Assembly (NCBI GenBank): GCA_040008015.1
Contig: JBDTTZ010000125.1
Span: 1 to 41,822, forward strand
Direction: 5' to 3'
Source of the DNA: Gemmatimonadota bacterium
GTDB taxonomy: Bacteria; Gemmatimonadota; Gemmatimonadetes; Gemmatimonadales; GWC2-71-9
Length of the DNA: 41,822 nucleotides
Part shown: piece by piece, positions 7,873 to 15,743 of the stretch
How positions within the stretch are numbered: position 1 is the first letter of the stretch
How the letters are laid out: each line of letters begins with the position of its first letter
Position numbers and translations under genes: made by a program
Notes under the pieces: model-generated
Told to the model about the DNA's origin: nothing
Seen by the model: the letters and a program-made list of their open reading frames with translations, nothing else
Database searches by the model: none

Positions 7873-8459
7873 TTCCGGCGGCTCCACGGCGGCACGATCT
7901 GGTTCATCCGCGCGTAGGAGACCAGCTGGCCCAGGTGCTCGTGCAGGTCAATGAGACTGTAGGTCACGGCTGCCCGTGGAAAAGTGCGCTGTCCGAAGAA
8001 CTGGAATGGCGTGTTCATCTTCGTGAGCGACAGGCCACCAAAGGTGGCGCTCAGGTTCTCCATCGCTCGGTCCATGGCGGCCAGCAACTGGTCATCCGGC
8101 AAGGCACTGAGGCGGGCCTCTTCAGCGTCAAAATTGGCGACCGAACCGGCCGGAAGCGGCCGGCCGAATCCGACCGGCTCGACAAATCCCTCCGCGGCGA
8201 TGTGGGCGAAGACCTCGTGAAACGACCGGCTCCCCGCCATGGGGCGCCATCCCAGCTTGTCGGCGGGAATCGCCCGGGCCAGCGCCATGAACTTCTGCCG
8301 CAGGCCGTCCACGTCCTCCTTGTGGACCTGGCGCCAGTTGGCGAACTCGGCTGAGTCACTGACCGCCTGGGCACGCAGGGGAGCGGCTGAAAGGCACCCG
8401 ATAGCCATGACGAGGGCAACGATCGGCCCTGAAGGTCTCGGTGTCATTGAATTCTCCAT
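7869..8459 (-). CDS. DinB-family (DinB_2-like) protein with signal peptide
   Basis: The four-helix-bundle His pattern is present (FHEVFAHIAAEG ... LIDLHEHLGQLVSYAR). I chose the start at MENSMTPRPSGPIVALVMAIGCLSAAPLRAQA (ATG at 8459). The start is uncertain, with 8447 and 8528 as alternatives. Confidence 0.8.
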   Translation of the reverse strand: MENSMTPRPSGPIVALVMAIGCLSAAPLRAQAVSDSAEFANWRQVHKEDVDGLRQKFMALARAIPADKLGWRPMAGSRSFHEVFAHIAAEGFVEPVGFGRPLPAGSVANFDAEEARLSALPDDQLLAAMDRAMENLSATFGGLSLTKMNTPFQFFGQRTFPRAAVTYSLIDLHEHLGQLVSYARMNQIVPPWSRRN

Positions 8460-8623
8460 CGAAAGGGTAGCGCGGGAGCCAGTGGAAGCTCTGGCTGCCA
8501 TACGGCGGCTCCCCGCCCCGGGGTTCAAATCGGTCCATCATGCCCGGGACCGACTTGACGATCTTCAGGTCCGGCAGCGGAATCGTTACCATGGAGATCA
8601 AGACCTTGACCCAAAGAGGTTTC

Positions 8624-9226
8624 ATGTCCCGAATCAGATTGTGCCTGGTTGCCCTGTTAGCGGTCGGCGTGCCGTTGGGAGCGCAACAAGTTCCCACACC
8701 GGACCAGCAGATCGCCGCGGCGCTCCTGCCGCTCCCGGAGCCACTCCGCGCCGGGGCCGGGGTGCGCGGATTCACCTCCAATCGGGAGCGGGTGACCCTG
8801 CGACCGAGCACCAATGGCATTGTCTGTTCCGGCGACTGGCCCGGTGATGACCAGTTCGACGTCCGCTGCTACAACGCGGAATTCCTGGCCGTCATTGATT
8901 TCACCCGGGGGCTGTATCAGGAGGGGCTGGGCGACTCGCTGGTCGAGGAGCGGGTCAAGGCCGCTGTCGATTCCCGGGCAATCCACCTGCCAGGGTATCC
9001 CACGGCGGGTTACCGAATGCTGGGTCCAATCGTGGCGTACGATGGGAGCACCAACACCGCCGGAGCGGCGATCGAGAAGTGGCAGTCGGTGCACTTCCCA
9101 TTCCTCACCGCGGCGGAAATTGGTTTGCCCACGGAACCGGAAGGGACCATGCCGTACGTCATGGCGTCAGGGAGCTGGTGGGCGCACGTGATGATCGAGC
9201 ATTTGCCGGAGCACGAGAACAGATGA
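8624..9226 (+). CDS. Hypothetical secreted protein
   Basis: The start at MSRIRLCLVALLAVGVPLGAQQ (ATG 8624) is preceded by aaagagg. I recognise no domain. Its stop overlaps the next start (ATGA). Confidence 0.6.
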   Translation: MSRIRLCLVALLAVGVPLGAQQVPTPDQQIAAALLPLPEPLRAGAGVRGFTSNRERVTLRPSTNGIVCSGDWPGDDQFDVRCYNAEFLAVIDFTRGLYQEGLGDSLVEERVKAAVDSRAIHLPGYPTAGYRMLGPIVAYDGSTNTAGAAIEKWQSVHFPFLTAAEIGLPTEPEGTMPYVMASGSWWAHVMIEHLPEHENR

Positions 9227-9756
9227 CTCACGTCGCGCTGTTGCGGGGGGTCAATGTCGGCAAGGCAAAACGGGTGGCGATGGCCGACCTCCGCGGCCTG
9301 TTCGAAGAGCTCGGATTCCGCGAGGTGCGCACCCTGCTCAACAGCGGGAACGTGGTGTTCACGGTACCCGGCCGCGTGAAGAAGGACCTTGCGACCGGCA
9401 TCGAGAAGGCGATGGCGGAACGGCTGGGCGTCACCTCGCGGGTGACGATCCTGACCACTGCCGAGCTCGACACCATCGTCGCCGGAAACCCGCTGCTCGG
9501 GGTGGCGACCAATCACTCGCGGCTGATGATCAGTGTGGTCAACTCCGCGGCGGACATGGAACACCTGAAGCCGTTGCTGAAACGGGACTGGGGGACGGAT
9601 AAGATGGGAGTGGGGCCGCGGGTGGCCTACCTCTGGTGCCCCAACAGCATTCTCGATAGTGAATTGGCGGGGGCGGTTGCCAAGGCGTTGGGTGACCGGG
9701 TCACCTCACGCAACTGGGCCACCATTTCAAAGCTTCATGTCCTCACCAGGGGTTGA
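9223..9756 (+). CDS. DUF1697 domain-containing protein
   Basis: The N-terminus MTHVALLRGVNVGKAKRVAMADLRGLFEELGFREVRTLLNSGNVVF is the hallmark of the DUF1697 family. Confidence 0.85.
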   Translation: MTHVALLRGVNVGKAKRVAMADLRGLFEELGFREVRTLLNSGNVVFTVPGRVKKDLATGIEKAMAERLGVTSRVTILTTAELDTIVAGNPLLGVATNHSRLMISVVNSAADMEHLKPLLKRDWGTDKMGVGPRVAYLWCPNSILDSELAGAVAKALGDRVTSRNWATISKLHVLTRG

Positions 9757-9769
9757 GCCAAGTCCCGGG

Positions 9770-10579
9770 TTACTTCCAGACGCGGATGTAGTCGACCCGC
9801 ATCGTGCCGGGGAATACGGTGGCCGAAGTCGGGTTGCCGGCGAAGGTACCGCCGACCGCCAGGTTCGCGATCAGATACATCCCGGTTTGCGGGATGTGCG
9901 ATGTGGTGCCGGCTCGCCAGATTCCATCGACATACCAGGTCAGGGACCCCGGCTTCCACACGACTGTCACCGTGTGAAAGCCGGTCGTGAAATTGGCCCC
10001 GGTCCAGCTCTTTTGCCAGCCGTTAACGACGGGCCAGAGTCCCCAGTAGTGTCCCAGCCATATCGTGCTTGGGGAGCCACCCTTCAGCTCCAGCATGTCG
10101 ATTTCCGGAGGGAAGCTGCCGTAGGGGATGTTCATGGTCCAGAAGGCCGGCCAGTAGCCCACACCCGGCGGAGTCTTGAGCCGGATCTCCGCCACACCAT
10201 AGAGCCACTTGTAGCTCTTAGCGGAAGTAACCATTCCCGAAGTGTAGGGCTGGCTTCCCAGCGGTTTCCTGGTGGCGGTCAGATTCAACATTCCGTTCGC
10301 GACCGTGACGGCCGAGGACGCATATCCTTCAAGCTCACCGTGCTGGGGCGTCCGTCCGTAGGGATAGTTGGTAGTCCATTTCTTAGTGTCGAGCCTGGTT
10401 CCGTTAAACTCATCGCTGAAGGCCAGGAGCCAGTTGCCGGAGGGACCGAACGGGGGAGGCGTAACGGTAGTAAGCTCAGAAGAAAACTCAGAATCAGTCG
10501 AAGGCTGTTCCGGCTGCGCACACGCGGCGAGCACGAGAATAGACAGCACAAACGAGCGATGGTGAATATTTATCGTCAT
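9770..10579 (-). CDS. Glycoside hydrolase family 16 lipoprotein (beta-glucanase/laminarinase-like)
   Basis: The catalytic ExDxxE motif is PPEIDMLE. WPAFW and the terminal MRVDYIRVW are typical of GH16. The lipobox is LVLAAC. Confidence 0.9.
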   Translation of the reverse strand: MTINIHHRSFVLSILVLAACAQPEQPSTDSEFSSELTTVTPPPFGPSGNWLLAFSDEFNGTRLDTKKWTTNYPYGRTPQHGELEGYASSAVTVANGMLNLTATRKPLGSQPYTSGMVTSAKSYKWLYGVAEIRLKTPPGVGYWPAFWTMNIPYGSFPPEIDMLELKGGSPSTIWLGHYWGLWPVVNGWQKSWTGANFTTGFHTVTVVWKPGSLTWYVDGIWRAGTTSHIPQTGMYLIANLAVGGTFAGNPTSATVFPGTMRVDYIRVWK

Positions 10580-10610
10580 GGGCCCAAGTGATTGCAGGTG
10601 GAGAATTGGA

Positions 10611-10636
10611 GACGGCCGCAGTGCAGTGCGGCCGTC
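10611..10636. terminator. GC-rich perfect hairpin (possible terminator, strand ambiguous)
   Basis: The sequence is gacggccgca-gtgcag-tgcggccgtc, a 10-bp perfect stem. It is followed on the plus strand by aggtgttttc. It lies between the MocR remnant and the GH16 gene start. Confidence 0.35.
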
Positions 10637-10825
10637 AGGTGTTTTCAGATGGAGGTGCTTGGGGGCAAGTTATGAACAGAGGAAGCGTTTGCAAGTGAGG
10701 CGTATCACCCACATCAACTGCAATTCCTCGCACTACACAGTAGGCTCACTGAAATGGCGGCCGCGGGATCATCGATCGGCTTCAATGGCCCCGCGGCGTT
10801 GTACCGGAGCCACAGATCATACCGT

Positions 10826-11258
10826 TCAGAAGATGCTGGACAATGCTGCAGCCCGCTCGCGCACACCCCGCCGGATCTCTTCCGAATCCACCGCCGCGAA
10901 CCCCAGCTGCACGCCCTTCGACACCGCTCGCCCGCTTCCGTAGTGATTCAAAGGAATCACTTCCACATCCCGCATCGGGGCAGCCGCCGCCGCCGCGGTT
11001 CCATCCACCCCGCCCTGCAACCAGCCCACGGTCTGCAACCCAGCTTCGACATTGGAAATCTCCAACAATCCGGACAGCCCTCCTTCGCCGATTCAGTACC
11101 GACAGCCGCTCGGCGTACACTCCACGCATCCGCCGGACGTGGCGCCCGAAATGTCCGCCACTGTTGAAATCAGCGAGCACGGCCTGCTCCAGCAGGGGCG
11201 CGTGCCGGTTGGTCACCGACTGGACAGCGGCGACCCGATCCACCAGGTCGTCCGGCAC
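10826..11258 (-). pseudogene. Remnant of the C-terminal aminotransferase domain of a MocR/GabR-type (GntR-PLP) regulator or class I/II aminotransferase
   Basis: Two minus-strand frames together read ..DRVAAVQSVTNRHAPLLEQAVLADFNSGGHFGRHVRRMRGVYAERLSVL, then a frameshift, then EAGLQTVGWLQGGVDG...RDVEVIPLNHYGSGRAVSKGVQLGFAAVDSEEIRRGVRERAAAL. This matches the last ~150 aa of MocR-type proteins. The N-terminal ~300 aa are absent. Confidence 0.6.
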
Positions 11259-11371
11259 GACGCCCTGCCGGTGATCTGGCGGGCCCAGGCGGTCGCGCTC
11301 ACCGGTGGCGCTGCTCCTGGGCGTCCTGGTGCGAGCGGAGAAGGTGGCGATGCTGTCGGTGCTGGGACGCC

Positions 11372-11799
11372 ATGGATGCGCTGGACCAGTAGCTCGGCAG
11401 CTGCGGAATGGAGGAGACCCTTCTTCATCTGGTGCGGCTCAGAGCCTCGCAGATCAACGGCTGCGCCTACTGCATTGACATGCACTGGAAGGATCTGCGC
11501 GGGCTGGGCGAGGGAGAGCAGCGGCTGTATGGGCGGACGCGTGGCGGGAATCCCCGTACTACACCGACCGGGAGCGGGCGGCACTGGAGTGGACCGACGC
11601 AATCACCTTGATTGCCGATGGCCACGCGCCCGATGGGACCTATGAAGCCGTGCGGCAGCATTTCAACGAGAAAGAATTGTCCAACCTGACGGTCGCCGTG
11701 GCGGCCATCAATGCCTGGAACCGGCTATCCATTGCCGCCCAGCTGACGCCGGGGACATACCAGGCCGCGAAAGTTGCTCTCCCCTTCGAGGACGGGTAG
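11372..11799 (+). pseudogene. Carboxymuconolactone decarboxylase / AhpD-like (CxxC) gene disrupted by an in-frame TAG and a 1-nt frameshift
   Basis: The reading is MDALDQ-TAG(11390-11392)-LGSCGMEETLLHLVRLRASQINGCAYCIDMHWKDLRGLGEGEQRLYG. The frame then shifts near the GGG run at 11531-11533 and continues as ADAWRESPYYTDRERAALEWTDAITLIADGHAPDGTYEAVRQHFNEKELSNLTVAVAAINAWNRLSIA. Confidence 0.7.
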
Positions 11800-11844
11800 T
11801 ATATCCATCCTTCGCGCCGTCCCGACACTTAACGGAGACTTACC

Positions 11845-12159
11845 ATGATTCTCAAGAAACTGCGTGGGCTGCTGCCCGCTTCCTGGGTTCTGCTCGCGGC
11901 CGCAACGGTTACGTCCTGCGGCTCCGGCGTGGACGGCGTCTACCACGATTCCACCGGCCAAGTCACGCTGGAACTCAAGTCGGGCGGGAAGGCGCACATC
12001 ACGCTCATGGGCGAACAGCACGACCTGACCTACAAGATCGAGGGGAACAAGATCGCCATGCGGGATCCGACGGATTCCACCAGCGGCGAGGTAGTCGCCA
12101 CCCGGAACACCGACGGCACCCTCGCCTTCGCGATGTGGACCCTGTCCAGGAAGAAGTAG
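11845..12159 (+). CDS. Small hypothetical lipoprotein
   Basis: 104 aa. The signal and lipobox are LLAAATVTSC. acggagac lies upstream of the ATG. No homology recognised. Confidence 0.6.
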   Translation: MILKKLRGLLPASWVLLAAATVTSCGSGVDGVYHDSTGQVTLELKSGGKAHITLMGEQHDLTYKIEGNKIAMRDPTDSTSGEVVATRNTDGTLAFAMWTLSRKK

Positions 12160-12283
12160 GGGCAAGACCATCGCGAGAGTCCCGGCAGCATCTCCGGCGA
12201 AACAGCTGGCCGGGTTCCTGGCGAAGTACACTCCGGAGCTTGCCAGGTCCGCCCGCGCGGCCCGGACCAGGCTACGTAAGCAG

Positions 12284-12634
12284 GTGCCGGGTGGCATCGA
12301 GTTTGTCTACGACAACTACAACGGTCTGGTGTTGGGCTACGGACCGACCGAACGGCCTTCGGAAGCGGTGCTTTCCCTGGCCCTGTTTCCCGACCACGTC
12401 ACCCTGTGCTTCCTATATGGCGCCACCCTGGCGGACCCCGGCAAACTCCTGAAAGGGAGCGGCAACCGGGTCCGCCACGTCCGGCTGAGCTCGCCGACGA
12501 CACTGGAAGAACCGGCCGTCCGCTCCCTGATCGGGCAGGCCATTGCGGCCGCGTCACCTCCCTTCCCCGCTGACGGGCCGCCGCGCACGGTGATCCGGGC
12601 GATCTCGCCCAAGCAACGGCCGCGACGAGCCTGA
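12284..12634 (+). CDS. DUF1801 (YdhG-like) domain protein, possibly lacking its proper start
   Basis: IEFVYDNYNGLVLGYGPTERPSEAVLSLALFPDHVTLCFLYGATLADPGKLLKGSGNRVRHVRL is typical of this DUF1801 subfamily. The listed start is GTG. Family-like sequence continues in frame upstream to about 12164 with no ATG, GTG or TTG. Confidence 0.7.
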   Translation: MPGGIEFVYDNYNGLVLGYGPTERPSEAVLSLALFPDHVTLCFLYGATLADPGKLLKGSGNRVRHVRLSSPTTLEEPAVRSLIGQAIAAASPPFPADGPPRTVIRAISPKQRPRRA

Positions 12635-12636
12635 AC

Positions 12637-13698
12637 GTGACCGACCTCCTGACTCGACGGCTCTACAACCAGCACATCGCCGGCTCTCCCCTGAAACAGC
12701 CGGAGGACGTCGTACGGTGGCTCGGGGCGGTACAGTCGCAGGACTACCTCGGGGCGAAATGGTCACTCGGACAGCGGCTGCGAAACGGTACCGACGCGAC
12801 AATAGACCAGGCGTTCAACGATGGCAGGATTCTCCGCATCCACATGCTGCGGCCGACCTGGCATTTTGTTTCACCGGAAGACATCCGCTGGATGCTGCAG
12901 CTGACCGCACCGCACGTCCATGCCCTCAACAAATACCCCTACCGCGTGAGCGGGCTGGATGCGCCCGTCCTGACCCGGACCAGCCGGCTCATCGAGCGAG
13001 CCCTCGAGGGCGGACACTCGAAGACGCGGAAGGAGCTGGCGGCGATCCTGGACAAGGACAAGGTCGGCGGAACTGGCCTGCGGATGGTGTGCATCATGAT
13101 GAACGCCGAGCTGGAGGGGGTGGTCTGCAGCGGGCCACTCAAAGGAAAGCAGCACACCTACGCGCTGCTGGAGGAACGGGTCCCGCCGGCTCGCGCCCGC
13201 ACGCGCGACGATGCGCTGGCTGAGCTGGCTCGCCGATTCTTCACCGGTCATGGACCGGCCACCGTCAGGCACTTCGCGTGGTGGTCGGGTTTGTCGATGA
13301 AAACGGCCAGGGCCGGACTGGAGATGGTGCAGCACCAGCTCTCCAGCGAAGCGATCAACAGCCATATCTTCTGGTCGGGCCCGGACTCCCGCCGGGTTCG
13401 CCCCGGCAGGGCCGCCTACCTGATTCCGGAATACGACGAATGCCTGACGGGATACCGCGATCTCGCGGTGCCGGATGCCGCGCGCGCCAGGGGACTCCGG
13501 CCCGCGGGGGACGGATCGGTACGCCCTATCATTTTTGGCGGAAAGCGAGTTGGAACCTGGCGACGAGTCATACTCAAGGGCAGCCTGACCGTCGAAGCCA
13601 ATCTGTTCGCGAAGCTGAGTGCCGCCGAATCCCGCGCTCTCGAGGCGACCGTTCGACGCTACAGAGAATTCCTCAACCTGCCGGCAACCCTGGCCTGA
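12637..13698 (+). CDS. Winged-helix DNA-binding domain protein of the AlkZ/YcaQ DNA glycosylase family
   Basis: 353 aa with a GTG start. The N-terminus LLTRRLYNQHIAG...DVVRWLGAVQSQDYLGAKWSL, plus RILRIHMLRPTWHFV and VPEYDECLTGY-like segments, are characteristic of the HTH_42 family. The candidate catalytic motif is Q-S-Q. Confidence 0.85.
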   Translation: MTDLLTRRLYNQHIAGSPLKQPEDVVRWLGAVQSQDYLGAKWSLGQRLRNGTDATIDQAFNDGRILRIHMLRPTWHFVSPEDIRWMLQLTAPHVHALNKYPYRVSGLDAPVLTRTSRLIERALEGGHSKTRKELAAILDKDKVGGTGLRMVCIMMNAELEGVVCSGPLKGKQHTYALLEERVPPARARTRDDALAELARRFFTGHGPATVRHFAWWSGLSMKTARAGLEMVQHQLSSEAINSHIFWSGPDSRRVRPGRAAYLIPEYDECLTGYRDLAVPDAARARGLRPAGDGSVRPIIFGGKRVGTWRRVILKGSLTVEANLFAKLSAAESRALEATVRRYREFLNLPATLA

Positions 13699-13699
13699 T

Positions 13700-14125
13700 A
13701 TGCGATACGTCACACTGATACTGCTTGGACTCGCTGCCTGCCGGCCCGCGGAGAAGTCGCCGCCCGGCTTCGCCGATTCGGTTGCCACGACCGGGACGCC
13801 CGACCCGGCCTCACGAATCGCCTTCGCCATCCTGGCGCCGAAGGCTGGTGATACGCTGGTCGAAGGAGCCGTCTACACGATCCACTGGTGGGCCGGCGGC
13901 GCCGCGCGGATTAACCTGGGTGCCGCGATGGGCGGCCACGACAAGGGCTACCTGCTGACCGATGCTCCATCGATTCCGGACTCACTGGTATGGACGGTCC
14001 CGGTGGGTTTTGTCACCGGGTTCGGCGTCAAGACATCGAGCGACATGCGTTTGCGTCTCGAGGACGCGGGAGATCCCACCCGCTACGTGGAAACCGGTCC
14101 CTTCACCATCGTGGGGGCTCGCTGA
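13700..14125 (+). CDS. Hypothetical lipoprotein
   Basis: The start at MRYVTLILLGLAAC (ATG 13700, lipobox LAAC) lies 1 nt after the upstream stop. No family recognised. Confidence 0.65.
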   Translation: MRYVTLILLGLAACRPAEKSPPGFADSVATTGTPDPASRIAFAILAPKAGDTLVEGAVYTIHWWAGGAARINLGAAMGGHDKGYLLTDAPSIPDSLVWTVPVGFVTGFGVKTSSDMRLRLEDAGDPTRYVETGPFTIVGAR

Positions 14126-14161
14126 GCTGCCGACGTTCTTCAAGACAGGAAGAACAAGACA

Positions 14162-14302
14162 GCATGGAGCTTTTTTCAGTCCCAGCCTCCCGGATATCGC
14201 AAGCTGGTGATCTGGAAAATCATGACCGCCAAACGGGAGGAGACCCGGCGCAAACGACTGGAAACGCTGATTGCCGATTCGGCCCGGGGCCGGAGAACCT
14301 GA
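14162..14302 (+). pseudogene. C-terminal fragment of a YdeI/OmdA-family protein
   Basis: The frame is open from the preceding TGA but has no start codon. It reads AWSFFQSQPPGYRKLVIWKIMTAKREETRRKRLETLIADSARGRRT*, the conserved tail (..AK.eETR.kRi..) of YdeI/OmpD-associated proteins. Confidence 0.5.
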
Positions 14303-14361
14303 AGCGCCGCTGCATCTTAGAGCCCGCCGGCCGGTCAATCACCGCGACTGAGGTTAGATTC

Positions 14362-14667
14362 ATGGGGTGCGGGGTTCCCCGTACCCAAATTGTGGAGCCG
14401 CCGGTGAGTAGCCATAAACCCGAACAGCGTCACCTCTTCGTCCGCGGTCGCGATTTTCATTTTGTCACCTACGATGGCCAGCCCGCCAACGAACGGCGCG
14501 GAGAGGCCGCGGTTCCCCCTATGTGGTTTCTGATGGGGCCGGCAAAGCGCTGGCCGGTGATGCCTCACGTAGTGGGCCAGTCGGATGAAGACGTCGAGAA
14601 GGCCATGATGACATGGCTGACTGCGCAGGGCCTGGGTCGCTTGCCAAAGAATGCCAAAGCGGGCTGA
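14362..14667 (+). CDS. Hypothetical protein
   Basis: The ATG at 14362 is preceded by gagg, 8 nt upstream. The 101-aa sequence looks like coding sequence (HLFVRGRDFHFVTYDGQPANERRGE..). The upstream part of the listed 225-aa ORF overlaps other features and is discounted. Confidence 0.45.
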   Translation: MGCGVPRTQIVEPPVSSHKPEQRHLFVRGRDFHFVTYDGQPANERRGEAAVPPMWFLMGPAKRWPVMPHVVGQSDEDVEKAMMTWLTAQGLGRLPKNAKAG

Positions 14668-15523
14668 CACCCTCGTAACCATCGTCGGACTGCTGCTTGC
14701 CGCCGCGGGACCCGCCCGCGGCCAGATGGTGCCGATCGCTCCCCGGCTGCTCGACCCCCGCACTGAAATCCCCGCTGGAAGACTCGAAGAGCACGTGGTG
14801 TTCGACTCGTCCTATCATCGCGAGCGCCGGATCTGGATCTACACCCCGCCTCACTACGATCCCCGGGTCGCCACTCCGTATCCGCTGATCGTCGCGTTCG
14901 ACGGCAATGACTATCGCGACACCATGCCGCTTCCCATGGTGCTCGACACCCTGCTCGCGGCCGGTCGGGCTCCACCCTTTGTCGCCGTGCTCATCGACGA
15001 TTCCGCCTCCGGCGTTCGCATCGCCGACCTGGGCAATGCGGCGCGGATGACCACGTTCCTGGGACGGCAGCTGATGCCCTGGGTTCAGGGAGGGTGGCGG
15101 GTGACGACCGATCCGGGCCGGGTCATCATTACCGGCTCCAGCGCGGGCGGACTCGGCGCGGCGTACGCAGCGCTCACCCGTCCCGAGCTCTTTGGCAACG
15201 TGTGGTCGCAGAGCGGAGCCTTCTGGCGCGGAGCCGAGGGTTCCAACGGCCCGCCCTGGGAATGGCTGACAATTCAGGTGAAAGCGGCGCCGAAAAAGGA
15301 GATCCGGTTCCTGCTCGACGTGGGGGAAAACGAGGATCACCCGACCCTGAATGGCGCCGGGCCCAACTTTCTGGAGGCGAGCCGCCGTTTCCGAAATGCC
15401 CTGGTATCGAAGGGGTATGCCGTGACCTACACGGAAGTCCCGGGTGGCCAGCATGCTCCCCAATGGTGGAGGCTCCGGCTGCCCGAGGGGATCGTGATTA
15501 TTGCTTCGGGATGGGACAAATAA
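14651..15523 (+). CDS. Secreted esterase-family alpha/beta hydrolase (enterochelin-esterase/Fes-like)
   Basis: It has a signal peptide. RIWIYTPPHYDP..YPLIVAFDG, the nucleophile elbow GSSAGG, and the C-terminal YTEVPGGQH are typical of the 'putative esterase' family. Confidence 0.85.
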   Translation: MPKRADTLVTIVGLLLAAAGPARGQMVPIAPRLLDPRTEIPAGRLEEHVVFDSSYHRERRIWIYTPPHYDPRVATPYPLIVAFDGNDYRDTMPLPMVLDTLLAAGRAPPFVAVLIDDSASGVRIADLGNAARMTTFLGRQLMPWVQGGWRVTTDPGRVIITGSSAGGLGAAYAALTRPELFGNVWSQSGAFWRGAEGSNGPPWEWLTIQVKAAPKKEIRFLLDVGENEDHPTLNGAGPNFLEASRRFRNALVSKGYAVTYTEVPGGQHAPQWWRLRLPEGIVIIASGWDK

Positions 15524-15607
15524 GAAAAGGATTAATCTCCCCACACCCGTCACCGAAACCGACCCCCGCCCGCCCTGACTCCTACATACTTTAAGTCATT
15601 TATTAAC

Positions 15608-15624
15608 AATGGTATAGCACCATT
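15608..15624. promoter_or_regulatory. Palindrome AATGGT-atagc-ACCATT upstream of the carrier-protein operon (candidate operator)
   Basis: It has perfect 6-bp arms with a 5-nt spacer. It sits in the AT-richer 220-nt spacer about 120-135 nt upstream of the ATG at 15744 and abuts a TTGACT hexamer (15624-15629). I found no convincing -10 element. Confidence 0.25.
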
Positions 15625-15743
15625 TGACTCAGGGAGGATTTCACTCGGTCATTCAGGACTGCTTCTTGCTAACTCTTGCAGTCACGGGCGACTCCGGGAA
15701 TGCGTCGCGGCGCCCCATTACCTGAAAAACTCCGGAAAATCAC

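Noticed and set aside
10754-11274. Plus-strand ORFs 10754-11167 and 10843-11274 over the MocR remnant
   Set aside because: They are Pro/Arg/Ser-rich and low in complexity with no homology. The minus strand carries recognisable, though degraded, aminotransferase-domain sequence.
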